64,000 bases of DNA from Eubacteriales bacterium (lineage in GTDB: Bacteria > Bacillota > Clostridia > Oscillospirales > CAG-382). Under the pieces are notes generated by a model. That model ran no database searches. It saw nothing but the letters and a program-made list of their open reading frames with translations, and had not been told where the DNA came from. A program made the translations under genes and the position numbers. Of the stretch, positions 47,699 through 56,893 are shown piece after piece (within the stretch, counting starts at the first letter, position 1; each line of letters begins with the position of its first letter). Location of the stretch: contig JAQWDK010000010.1 of NCBI GenBank assembly GCA_028705495.1, forward strand, positions 507 through 64,506. The letters are read 5' to 3'.

Positions 47699-48697
47699 AT
47701 GGGAAAGTTGTTCAACTTTTTTTCCGGCAACAGCACAAAAGAAAGAAAAGAAATTTCCAAAGAAGAAGCTAAGAAACTAAAAAACCTTAACTTTGCTAAC
47801 TTTTTTAAACTTCTTGGTGTTCGTTTTAATAATATTGTAAAAGGTAACGGGCTTTTTTTACTCTGCAATATACCGATACTTTTCGCGGTTTATGCCACAG
47901 CGGGCTATCACAACATTAAGACAAGAGTGCCGACAGACTTGTTTTTTCCTAATGTTTACGGTGCAACAGTTTATGAAGGAAATAATGCAGTAACGGCCGC
48001 TCTCAACGGACTTTTTGGATTTTTTACGAATTTTTCAGTGCCAAGTACAACGACAATTATACTCTATCTAATATCATTCCTTTGCATCTTTACCTTCGGT
48101 CTTTCAAACGCCGGGCTTACCTACCTTATGAGGGAATCGGTACGCAGTAATGTTGTAATGGCGTGGTCGGATTTCTGGTCAACTATCAAGAAAAATTTTA
48201 AACAGTGCTTGTTTATTGGTGTTTTTGATATTATCGTTATCTTTTTACTCGTATATGATCTGGTTGTTTTTTATCAGACAAGCAACGACACGACGGGAGC
48301 AATTGGTTTTACCGCGATTCTGCTTCTTTCTTTCACCTACCTGATAATGCGTAATTATATTTACCTTATTGCTATCACTTTTGATTTTAAATTCAAAGTA
48401 ATTATGAATTATTCGTTCCGCCTTTCGTTACTTGGTATAAAACGCAATCTTGCAGGGGTAGTCGGTATTGTTGTTGTAATAATCTTAAACTTTATCATAG
48501 CAGGATTCGCTTTAGCAATTGGACTTATACTACCGTTTATAATTACAATCGGAATCTGTGCCTTTATTGGTGCGTATACAGCTTGGCCTGTTGTAGAAAA
48601 ATATCTAGTGGATGTAGATGCAGAAAAAAAGAAAAAAACTTTATATGAATATTATGATTTTGAAGATGATGTGAGCGGTGAAGACACTGCTAAATAA
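47699..48697 (+). CDS. DUF624 / YesL family membrane protein
   Basis: NGLFLLCNIPILF-type N-terminal TM and multiple further TMs. ATG 47699 has GAAAGG 7 nt upstream. Confidence 0.55.
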   Translation: MGKLFNFFSGNSTKERKEISKEEAKKLKNLNFANFFKLLGVRFNNIVKGNGLFLLCNIPILFAVYATAGYHNIKTRVPTDLFFPNVYGATVYEGNNAVTAALNGLFGFFTNFSVPSTTTIILYLISFLCIFTFGLSNAGLTYLMRESVRSNVVMAWSDFWSTIKKNFKQCLFIGVFDIIVIFLLVYDLVVFYQTSNDTTGAIGFTAILLLSFTYLIMRNYIYLIAITFDFKFKVIMNYSFRLSLLGIKRNLAGVVGIVVVIILNFIIAGFALAIGLILPFIITIGICAFIGAYTAWPVVEKYLVDVDAEKKKKTLYEYYDFEDDVSGEDTAK

Positions 48698-48736
48698 AAT
48701 ATAATATCAACGATAAAACGAAACGGAGAGCTTTAA

Positions 48737-49678
48737 ATGATCAGTAAAGCACTTGAAACCTTTGCAGAAGATATCGGCTTAAAGATTGAAAACGACTGCG
48801 CTTATGGCGACTACAAAGGATATATGATAACACTGTCCGAAAAGGGTAACAAAAGAAATGTTTTCATAAACTACTATCTGATGGACAGCGAAAGCGATGC
48901 TTTGAAAAAGTTCCGCCTTTCAGAGAGTGTTAAAAGTGATATGTCAAAATTCGGTATCAAGGAATTTGATATCGACGACAACGGTCTTTCAGCTGAGTTG
49001 ATTGATACAATTTCTAAACTTTCTGAATACCTTGACATCCTTATCGAAAAGCTTAATGATGAAGATATTGTCGGACATTCAAATTGTTCCGAATGCGGAA
49101 AGCATAATAACAGCGACACTAAATACAAAACAGTTTCACTTAACCAAAACAGGTATGTGCTCTGCGATTCTTGTACCTTGAATCTAATACAGAATTCGAG
49201 TAAAATGGAGGCGGAAAAGAAAGCAGAAGATACAAGCGGAAGCCTCGTGCTTGGCATACTTGGTAGCGTTATCGGGTTGCTTGTTGGAACAGCTATATGG
49301 GGTTTTATTGCAAGCTTAGGTATCATAACAATGTGGATGGGCTTTGCTCTTGCTCTTCTTATTTATATAGGTTATGTGCTGTTCAAAGGCAAAAAAGGAA
49401 AAACCCGTATTATAGTTATCAGCGCAGTAAGTTTGGTCGGTGTTATTTTAAACTCAATGTCCTCTGAAGTTATAAAAGTCTTTAAGCTTACTGAGACGGT
49501 TTTAGATAAATTTTTAATTTCACCTATATCACATATCCAAGTAGCAATGGAACATGAAAAATATGATTTTACAATAACATTTATAATAGCTTTGCTATGT
49601 GCAGCGTTTGCAATCATAATTTTTGCGACAGATATTCTCAAAGATAAACCAAAGCCTGAAACAATAAAGATCGATTAA
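48737..49678 (+). CDS. Hypothetical membrane protein: N-terminal soluble domain, CxxC..CxxC zinc-ribbon, 4 C-terminal TMs
   Basis: CSECGK...CDSC, followed by hydrophobic segments. RBS GGAGAG. Confidence 0.5.
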   Translation: MISKALETFAEDIGLKIENDCAYGDYKGYMITLSEKGNKRNVFINYYLMDSESDALKKFRLSESVKSDMSKFGIKEFDIDDNGLSAELIDTISKLSEYLDILIEKLNDEDIVGHSNCSECGKHNNSDTKYKTVSLNQNRYVLCDSCTLNLIQNSSKMEAEKKAEDTSGSLVLGILGSVIGLLVGTAIWGFIASLGIITMWMGFALALLIYIGYVLFKGKKGKTRIIVISAVSLVGVILNSMSSEVIKVFKLTETVLDKFLISPISHIQVAMEHEKYDFTITFIIALLCAAFAIIIFATDILKDKPKPETIKID

Positions 49679-49694
49679 TAAAATTAAATATATA

Positions 49695-49956
49695 AAGGCT
49701 ATGACGAAGACGGAGTGTAAAACTGCTTTCAGAGAGCCGTCGCTAGGTGCGAGACGGCAGTAGTATACATAAACCTATCACTTCCGAGCCGGAAGACTGA
49801 ATAATTCTTTGTTGAAAACCAAAGAAAAACAGTAAGTTTTCCCGTATGCCGCGTTAAGGTAAAGGCTTTTTAGCCTAAGAGTGGCGCATTGCGCAATTTG
49901 AGTGGTACCGCGGATAAAAACTCCGTCTCAAGAAATTTGAGACGGAGTTTATTTTT
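49695..49956 (+). promoter_or_regulatory. T-box riboswitch leader, probable Ile (AUC) specifier
   Basis: K-turn/stem I base GGCUAUGACGAAG ... CUUCCGAGCC. AG bulge AGAGAG (49731). Distal loop GGUGCGAGA. Specifier AUC-A (49777-49780) immediately 5' of CUUC. F-box-like GCGUUA. T-box AAUUUGAGUGGUACCGCGG (49896-49914). Terminator aaactccgtctcaa / ttgagacggagttt plus a T-run (49918-49956). Confidence 0.9.
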
Positions 49957-50013
49957 GAAATAAAAAACAATAAAAATCATATAATTATTTATAATCCGAA
50001 AGGGAAGAAGCAT

Positions 50014-52314
50014 ATGGAACAAAAAATCAAAGATATTGCAAGACGAATCAGAGAACTGCGTGAGATACTTGGGATTTCAGCTGCAGAGATGTCTGAAGTC
50101 ACATCAGTAAGCGTAGACGAATACAAAGCGCTTGAAAACGGGGAAACAGATTTTTCTTTTACTTTTATCTACAAATGCGCGAAAAAATTTGGAGTTGAAG
50201 TTACAGATTTACTTTCTGGTATCAGCCCTACGCTTTCATCATATTCCGTTGTTAGAAAAGGTGAAGGTACACCGCTTGCTCGTAGGAAGGGTTTTTCCTA
50301 CCAGTCGATTGCACCGCTTTTCAGAAAAAAGCTTGCTGAACCTTTTCTTGTTAAAGCACCGTACAACGAAGCAGAACAAGATAAACAGATTAAACTCAGC
50401 ACCCACAAGGGACAGGAGTTTGATATCGTTGTTTCTGGAAGTTTAAAGGTTTGTATTGATGGAAACATCGAAATACTAAACGAAGGTGACACAATTTATT
50501 ATGATAGTGCAACTCCGCACGGCATGATAGCAGTTGGCGGAAAAGAGTGCGTGTTTTATGCTATTGTTATTAACGCTGATAGCAGTGATTACAAACAACT
50601 TGAAGAGCCGGACGCTACTGAGTTCGCAAAACCGTCTGAACATCACACATTAACGGGTGCTGTTTACGAAAAGTTCGTCGATTTTACTCTTGATGATAAC
50701 GGTGTACTGAAAGACATACAATTTAAAAATACCGATACTTTTAACTTCGGCTTTGATGTTCTTGATGTTCTCGCTGAAAAAACGCCGATTAAAGTTGCTA
50801 TGTTGCATATCTCAAACGATATGACAGAAAGACGCTTTACTTTTGCTGAAATAAAAAAGTACAGCAACATGACTGCAAACTATTTCAAGTCGCTTGGAAT
50901 TGGTAAGGGCGATAAGGTTATGCTTGTATTAAAACGCCATTATCAGTTCTGGTTTTCAATCCTCGCTCTTCACAAACTTGGCGCAGTAGCAATACCTGCA
51001 ACAAACCAGCTTGTAAAGAAAGATTTTGAATATCGCTTCAACGCAGCTGAAGTCAGTGCGGTTATTTGTACAGCAGACGGTGATACAGCGCATCAAATAG
51101 ATCTTTCACTCGATGAATCTCCGACCCTAAAAACCAGAGTTATCGCTGGAGGTAAAAGAGAAGGTTGGAACAGTTTTGACGAGCAGCTTGATTGTTTTTC
51201 TGATAAATTCGATCGTCCGGCGGATGCAGCATGTGGTGAAGACCTAATGCTTATGTTTTTCACAAGCGGCACAACGGGCTATCCGAAGATTGCAAAGCAC
51301 AGCCACACTTACCCCTTAGGTCACTTTATTACCTCTGAATTTTGGCATAATGTAGACCCTGACGGCATTCACTTCACAATTTCCGACACAGGCTGGGGTA
51401 AAGCACTTTGGGGTAAACTCTACGGTCAGTGGCTAAGTGAAGGCGCTGTCTTTGTTTATGACTTTGACAAATTTATCGCTCATGATATCCTATCGATGTT
51501 TAAGAAGTATAATATTACAACCTTCTGCGCACCGCCTACAATGTATAGGTTTTTTATAAAAGAAGACCTTTCAAAATACGATCTCTCAAGCTTAAAATAT
51601 GCTACTACTGCAGGTGAAGCACTTAATCCGGAAGTATTCAATCAATTCAAAAAAGCTACTGGTCATGTCATAATGGAAGGCTTCGGTCAAACAGAAACAA
51701 CCCTGACAATCTGCAACCTTGTCGGTACTACACCACGTATCGGTTCTATGGGTAGACCTAGCCCGATGTACGATGTCGACCTAGTGGATGCAAACGATAA
51801 AACTGTAGCTCTCGGTGAAACAGGTGAAATTGTAATAAGAACCGATAAAAGCAAACCTTGCGGTCTCTTCCTCGGTTATTATAAAGACGAAGAGAAAACC
51901 AAAGAAGCTTGGCATGATGATGTTTATCACACAGGAGACACTGCTTGGCGTGATGAAGATGGTTATCTCTGGTATGTCGGTAGAACTGATGATTTAATTA
52001 AATCTTCGGGTTATCGAATCGGGCCTTTTGAAATTGAAAATGTCATTATGGAACTGCCTTATGTCCTTGAGTGTGCTATAACAGGGGTGCCCGATGAAAT
52101 CAGAGGTCAAGTAGTTAAAGCCACAATAGTTCTGACAAGAGGAACAGAAGCATCAGAAGAATTAAAGAAAGAAATACAAGAATATGTCAAACACAACACT
52201 GCACCGTACAAATACCCTCGTATTGTTGAATTCGTAAGTGAATTACCTAAGACAATAAGCGGTAAAATACGCCGTGTTGAACTTCGTGAAAAGCACGAAA
52301 AAACATCCGGATAA
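50014..52314 (+). CDS. Fusion protein: XRE-type HTH + cupin + AMP-forming medium-chain acyl-CoA synthetase (ACSM/MacS-like)
   Basis: HTH IRELREILGISAAEMSEVTSVSVDEYKALENGE. Cupin GDTIYYDSATPHG. AMP-binding FFTSGTTGYPK, YHTGDTAWRDEDGYLWYVGRTDDLIKSSGYRIGPFEIE, PKTISGKIRR. Confidence 0.85.
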   Translation: MEQKIKDIARRIRELREILGISAAEMSEVTSVSVDEYKALENGETDFSFTFIYKCAKKFGVEVTDLLSGISPTLSSYSVVRKGEGTPLARRKGFSYQSIAPLFRKKLAEPFLVKAPYNEAEQDKQIKLSTHKGQEFDIVVSGSLKVCIDGNIEILNEGDTIYYDSATPHGMIAVGGKECVFYAIVINADSSDYKQLEEPDATEFAKPSEHHTLTGAVYEKFVDFTLDDNGVLKDIQFKNTDTFNFGFDVLDVLAEKTPIKVAMLHISNDMTERRFTFAEIKKYSNMTANYFKSLGIGKGDKVMLVLKRHYQFWFSILALHKLGAVAIPATNQLVKKDFEYRFNAAEVSAVICTADGDTAHQIDLSLDESPTLKTRVIAGGKREGWNSFDEQLDCFSDKFDRPADAACGEDLMLMFFTSGTTGYPKIAKHSHTYPLGHFITSEFWHNVDPDGIHFTISDTGWGKALWGKLYGQWLSEGAVFVYDFDKFIAHDILSMFKKYNITTFCAPPTMYRFFIKEDLSKYDLSSLKYATTAGEALNPEVFNQFKKATGHVIMEGFGQTETTLTICNLVGTTPRIGSMGRPSPMYDVDLVDANDKTVALGETGEIVIRTDKSKPCGLFLGYYKDEEKTKEAWHDDVYHTGDTAWRDEDGYLWYVGRTDDLIKSSGYRIGPFEIENVIMELPYVLECAITGVPDEIRGQVVKATIVLTRGTEASEELKKEIQEYVKHNTAPYKYPRIVEFVSELPKTISGKIRRVELREKHEKTSG

Positions 52315-52315
52315 C

Positions 52316-52358
52316 AAAAAGAAGGTCCCCAACTTATCAAAAGTTGGGGACCGATTTA
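52316..52358. terminator. Bidirectional rho-independent terminator
   Basis: ggtccccaactt / aagttggggacc, a 12-bp perfect stem, with an A-run 5'. Confidence 0.8.
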
Positions 52359-52359
52359 A

Positions 52360-54096
52360 TTATTTACCACGCTTTATATAGTGGGTATGTAGAATGTCAT
52401 GGGCCTTATGGCTTCCGGGATTACCGAGGAATTCTTCGTAAATCTCTATAACCTGAGGGTTTTCATGAGATTTTCTTATGCCAAGGTTTTTATCAGCATT
52501 GTAAAGAACAGCGGCTCTAAGTTCCTTCAAAGGTACATAATTTCTAACATATGAAGGTTGAGTAGGCTGTCCACCGCCGTTAACGCAACCGCCGGGACAT
52601 GCCATAATTTCGATAAAATGAAATTCCTCTTCACCGCTTTTTACAAGGTCAAGAAGCTCTGCAGCATTTGATGTACCACTGGCTACAGCAACCTTCAGCT
52701 CAAGGTCACCAATGCGATATGTAGCTTTTTTCACACCCTCAACACCACGTACCTCTGTAAAATCAACTGCTTCAAGGGGTTTATTAAGTATTGCTTCTGC
52801 AGCTGTTCTAAGTGCTGCTTCCATAACGCCGCCTGTTGCTCCAAAGATCGCTCCGGCACCCGAACCGAGCTGGAAGGGATTATCAAAATCTTCATCCGGT
52901 AAGCTGTTAAATGAAATTCCGCTACGTTCAATCATCTTGCCAAGTTCTCTTGTTGTTATAGCATAATCAACATCATAAACACCTGCAGCAGATTGACCGT
53001 CGCGTTTAACTTCAAATTTCTTTGCTGTGCAAGGAATAACTGAGACGAATATAATATCCTCAGGATTCCAGCCCATCTTCTGCGCATAATATGTCTTAGC
53101 AATTGCTCCAAACATCTGCTGAGGAGATTTACAGCTTGAAAGATTTTCAACGAATTCAGGATAATAGTGTTCGCAGAACTTTATCCAACCAGGTGAGCAG
53201 GATGTAATGAGTGGGAGTTTGCCACCGTTTTGAATGCGTTCGATAAGTTCATGAGCTTCTTCGAGAATAGTAAGGTCTGCTGTCAGGTTCATATTAAAGA
53301 CACCTTCAAAACCTATTCTTCTTAGAGCTGCAACCATTTTACCTTCAACATCCGTTCCGGGTTCATTACCAAAACACTCACCAAGCGTCGCTCTGACTGA
53401 AGGTGCTGTACAAACGAGAGCATGTTTGGACTTGTCGGCAATAGCCTCCAGGACTTCGTCTGTCTGATCCCTCTCTGATAAAGCACCGGTAGGACATACA
53501 ACAATACATTGACCGCAAAGGATGCAGGGTGAATCGGAAAGGTCCTTTTCAAAAGCACAGCCGATATGTGTATCGAAACCACGGTCGTTTGCACCGATAA
53601 CGCCAACATTCTGTGTTACTTTACAAGCGGCAACACAGCGGCGGCAGAGTATACATTTATTATTATCACGAACGATAGACAGAGTTGATTCGTCTTTACT
53701 AAATTCATTGGTCTTACCCTTGAAATAGTTTTCGTCCGTAACACCGTATTCAACACAGTATTTTTGAAGTTCACAGCTCTTATTTCTTACGCAGCTAAGG
53801 CATGACTTATCATGATCCGAGAGTATCAATTCAAGATTAAGCTTTCTTGCGCGTCTGACCTGAGGAGTGTTGGTGAATATCTCCATGCCTTCATTTACCG
53901 GAGCGACACAAGATGCGACCATTGACCTTGCACCCTTTACCTCCACAAGGCAAAGACGACAAGCGCCTATTGCGTTTATGTCTTTGAGATAACATAGTGT
54001 CGGTATATGAATCGAAGCTGCTTTACAAGCGTCAAGGATGGTTGCATTCTTTGGAACTGAATAGGCGACACCGTTTATCTTTAAATTTACATTCAT
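52360..54096 (-). CDS. hydA: [FeFe]-hydrogenase catalytic subunit (HydA/HndD type, multimeric NAD(P)-linked group)
   Basis: N-terminal 2Fe-2S (CYLKDINAIGACRLC), His-ligated and 2x[4Fe-4S] domains. H-cluster motifs TSCSPGW (L1 variant), IPCTAKKFE (L2), EIMACPGGCVNGGGQP (L3). Confidence 0.92.
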   Translation of the reverse strand: MNVNLKINGVAYSVPKNATILDACKAASIHIPTLCYLKDINAIGACRLCLVEVKGARSMVASCVAPVNEGMEIFTNTPQVRRARKLNLELILSDHDKSCLSCVRNKSCELQKYCVEYGVTDENYFKGKTNEFSKDESTLSIVRDNNKCILCRRCVAACKVTQNVGVIGANDRGFDTHIGCAFEKDLSDSPCILCGQCIVVCPTGALSERDQTDEVLEAIADKSKHALVCTAPSVRATLGECFGNEPGTDVEGKMVAALRRIGFEGVFNMNLTADLTILEEAHELIERIQNGGKLPLITSCSPGWIKFCEHYYPEFVENLSSCKSPQQMFGAIAKTYYAQKMGWNPEDIIFVSVIPCTAKKFEVKRDGQSAAGVYDVDYAITTRELGKMIERSGISFNSLPDEDFDNPFQLGSGAGAIFGATGGVMEAALRTAAEAILNKPLEAVDFTEVRGVEGVKKATYRIGDLELKVAVASGTSNAAELLDLVKSGEEEFHFIEIMACPGGCVNGGGQPTQPSYVRNYVPLKELRAAVLYNADKNLGIRKSHENPQVIEIYEEFLGNPGSHKAHDILHTHYIKRGK

Positions 54097-54114
54097 AGCT
54101 TTTTTTGCCTTTCG

Positions 54115-55911
54115 TTATTTTCTGATTATGGCGTTGAATTTACACTTGGTAACACAGACACCGCACTTAATACATTTTACCTTATCGATAATATGCACCT
54201 GTTTGACTTCGCCGCTGATAGCATTAACGGGGCATGCTCTCTTGCAAGCAGTACAACCCTTGCAGTTTTCGGGTACCACTTCGTAGGAGACGAGGTTTTT
54301 ACAAACACCTGCAGGACATCTCTTTTCAACAACATGAGCGATATATTCATCTCTGAAATAGCGGAGTGTGGAAAGAATCGGGTTTGGAGATGTTTGACCA
54401 AGTCCGCAAAGAGATGTTGCTCTAATATGATGAGCAAGCTCTTCAAGTTTATCTAAATCCTCGAGTGTGCCGTTGCCGTTAGTTATCTTTTCGAGTATCT
54501 CGAGCATACGCCTTGTTCCTATACGGCAAGGAGTACATTTACCGCATGACTCATCTACAGTAAATTCAAGGAAGAATTTTGCGATGTCAACCATACAGTT
54601 GTCTTCATCAAGAACAATAAGACCGCCGCTTCCCATCATTGATCCGATTGCCAAAAGATTATCGTAATCAATAGGGGTATCGATATTCGAAGCAGGTATA
54701 CAGCCGCCAGAGGGTCCACCGGTTTGTGCTGCTTTAAACTTTTTACCATTAGGAACACCACCGCCGATTTCCTCAACGATTTCTCTAAGTGTTGTTCCCA
54801 TAGGAATTTCAACAAGTCCTGTGTGTGTAATTTTACCGCCAAGAGCGAATACCTTTGTACCTTTAGATTTTTCTGTTCCCATAGAGGCGAACCATGAAGC
54901 ACCTTTGAGGATTATTTGAGGTATGTTAGCGTATGTTTCAACGTTATTTATAATCGTTGGTTGACCGAAAAGTCCTTTAACAGCGGGGAAGGGAGGACGG
55001 GGTCTTGGTTCACCTCTATTACCTTCGATTGAGGTCAGAAGTGCTGTTTCCTCACCGCAGACAAATGCCCCGGCACCAAAGCGGAGCTGTATATCAAAAT
55101 TAAAACCAGAAGAGAAAATATCTTCACCGAGAAGGCCCATCTCTCTCGCCTGAGCAATTGCAATTGTAAGGCGTTTGATTGCAATCGGGTATTCGGCTCT
55201 TACATATATGTAACCTTCATCAGCACCGATTGCGTATCCTGCAATAGCCATAGCTTCAATTACTGCATGGGGGTCACCTTCAAGTATCGACCTGTCCATG
55301 AAAGCTCCCGGGTCGCCTTCATCTGCATTACAAACGACATACTTTTTATCAGAAACACTTTTAACAGCAAAATCCCATTTCATGCCTGTGGGGAACCCAC
55401 CGCCGCCTCTGCCACGAAGACCGCTGTCTTTCATTACCTGAATGACTTGGGCAGGTGACATTTCAGTAAGAACCTTACCAAGTGCCATGTAGCCGTCCAT
55501 GCCTATGTATTCTTCGATTGACTCAGGGTTAATATAACCGCAATTTCTGAGTGCAACACGTTTTTGCTTCTTGTAGAAAACAGTATCGTTGAGTGAAACA
55601 TGTGTTCCGTCGTCAACTTCTTCAACGGTATCATTGTAAACGAGTCTTTTAACGATCCTACCTTTGAGAAGATGCTCCTCCACAATTTCAGAAAGGTCGC
55701 TTACAGTAACACGGCTATAAAATGTTCCGTCAGGATAAACTATTATAATCGGTCCAAGAGCGCACAAGCCGAAACAGCCTGTCATAACAATTTTTATTTC
55801 GTCTTCCAGTCCTTTCGCCTTGAGCTCAAGTGCCAGGGCATCTTTTATAGCAAGGCTTCCGGACGATGTGCAGCCTGTACCGCCGCAAATCAGAATATGT
55901 GAGCGTATCAT
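54115..55911 (-). CDS. hydB: NuoF-like flavoprotein subunit of the hydrogenase (HydB/HndC), with an N-terminal Trx-like 2Fe-2S domain and C-terminal 2x[4Fe-4S]
   Basis: GRGGGGFPTG (FMN/NAD site), ESCGKCTPCR, C-terminal CKGCTACKRACP / CIKCGVCVTKC. The start is either ATG 55911 or TTG 55935. Confidence 0.92.
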   Translation of the reverse strand: MIRSHILICGGTGCTSSGSLAIKDALALELKAKGLEDEIKIVMTGCFGLCALGPIIIVYPDGTFYSRVTVSDLSEIVEEHLLKGRIVKRLVYNDTVEEVDDGTHVSLNDTVFYKKQKRVALRNCGYINPESIEEYIGMDGYMALGKVLTEMSPAQVIQVMKDSGLRGRGGGGFPTGMKWDFAVKSVSDKKYVVCNADEGDPGAFMDRSILEGDPHAVIEAMAIAGYAIGADEGYIYVRAEYPIAIKRLTIAIAQAREMGLLGEDIFSSGFNFDIQLRFGAGAFVCGEETALLTSIEGNRGEPRPRPPFPAVKGLFGQPTIINNVETYANIPQIILKGASWFASMGTEKSKGTKVFALGGKITHTGLVEIPMGTTLREIVEEIGGGVPNGKKFKAAQTGGPSGGCIPASNIDTPIDYDNLLAIGSMMGSGGLIVLDEDNCMVDIAKFFLEFTVDESCGKCTPCRIGTRRMLEILEKITNGNGTLEDLDKLEELAHHIRATSLCGLGQTSPNPILSTLRYFRDEYIAHVVEKRCPAGVCKNLVSYEVVPENCKGCTACKRACPVNAISGEVKQVHIIDKVKCIKCGVCVTKCKFNAIIRK

Positions 55912-55936
55912 AGACTTTTTGTATACTCCAATCAAA

Positions 55937-56305
55937 TTATTTTACTTCGCCGATTGTAAACTCTTTGACGGGTTTACCGCCTTTTATATGCTCTTCGACG
56001 ATTCGTGCGACTTTATCAGCAGTCATTTTTACATATGTAACCTTGTCTTTACCTTTTTCAAATACCTCAACAACGGGTTCGTATTGACAGATTCCAATGC
56101 ATCCCGTTTGAGTTACAGAAACAGTTCCTGAAAGTCCACTTTCGTTGATGGCGCTAACAAAGGTATTGAGTACCGGACGTGCTCCTGCAGCTATTCCGCA
56201 GGTCGCCATTCCGACAACTATCCTTTTGTCGCCTAATCCTTCTCGAAGTGCGACTTTTTCTTTCATTCTATCTCGTATTTCCACAAGTTCAGCCAATGTT
56301 TTCAT
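55937..56305 (-). CDS. Thioredoxin-like [2Fe-2S] ferredoxin subunit (HndB-like)
   Basis: 122 aa with the cysteine pattern MATCGIAAGA ... QTGCIGICQYEP. Confidence 0.8.
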   Translation of the reverse strand: MKTLAELVEIRDRMKEKVALREGLGDKRIVVGMATCGIAAGARPVLNTFVSAINESGLSGTVSVTQTGCIGICQYEPVVEVFEKGKDKVTYVKMTADKVARIVEEHIKGGKPVKEFTIGEVK

Positions 56306-56326
56306 TAGTTTTGTCCTTTCGATTTA

Positions 56327-56878
56327 TTACAAAGTGCTATACTGTTCAGTAAGATAGTCTTTAATCCATTCTAAAACCTCAGGAGTGTTCAGTGGAACAT
56401 CACCTAGCACTTGACGCATTTCTTTCGTCTCAAGCTTTAATGAGCCTGTCGGTGAAGAATGGTGAAAATAGAAGTCAATGTTTGGGTTTGTATGTATTAA
56501 AAGACTTAATGTTGAAATTATATCTCCGATAGGAGGAAAATCGATATGTCTTGAGTTGAAGTCAGCTGTTACTTCTGTCCCGTGGTCATCGATGTATTGT
56601 TCTTGATCCCGAGAATTAATTACCACCCGACCACCTGTTTGCTCAGCAGCCATAATTAGATAAGGAACACCTAAGCCGACCTTTCTCGTTGTTCTGGAAG
56701 TGTAAAACGGTTTTTTAACCTGGTTAAGTGTTTCTTCATCCATGCCGCAACCGTCGTCGGTAACTTTCATCTGTAGCATACCGTTATCATACTCGGTAAT
56801 TGATATTCCGATGTTTTTCGCGCCAGCGGTTATTGAGTTCTGGACGATGTCAAGTATGTATAAAGACAGCTCTTTCAT
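56327..56878 (-). CDS. Stand-alone GHKL/HATPase_c ATP-binding protein encoded inside the hydrogenase operon (HydD-like)
   Basis: N-box LDIVQNSITAGA, G1 DDGCGM, G2 GLGVP. No DHp/His or receiver domain. Confidence 0.8.
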   Translation of the reverse strand: MKELSLYILDIVQNSITAGAKNIGISITEYDNGMLQMKVTDDGCGMDEETLNQVKKPFYTSRTTRKVGLGVPYLIMAAEQTGGRVVINSRDQEQYIDDHGTEVTADFNSRHIDFPPIGDIISTLSLLIHTNPNIDFYFHHSSPTGSLKLETKEMRQVLGDVPLNTPEVLEWIKDYLTEQYSTL

Positions 56879-56893
56879 AATAACCGGATTCTC

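Noticed and set aside
49774-49776. CCU (Pro) as the T-box specifier codon.
   Set aside because: CCU is followed by AUCA before the closing CUUC helix. The canonical geometry (codon, one purine, stem) fits AUC-A-CUUC. Aligning with the glyQS arrangement GGC-A-CUUCGAGCA supports AUC.
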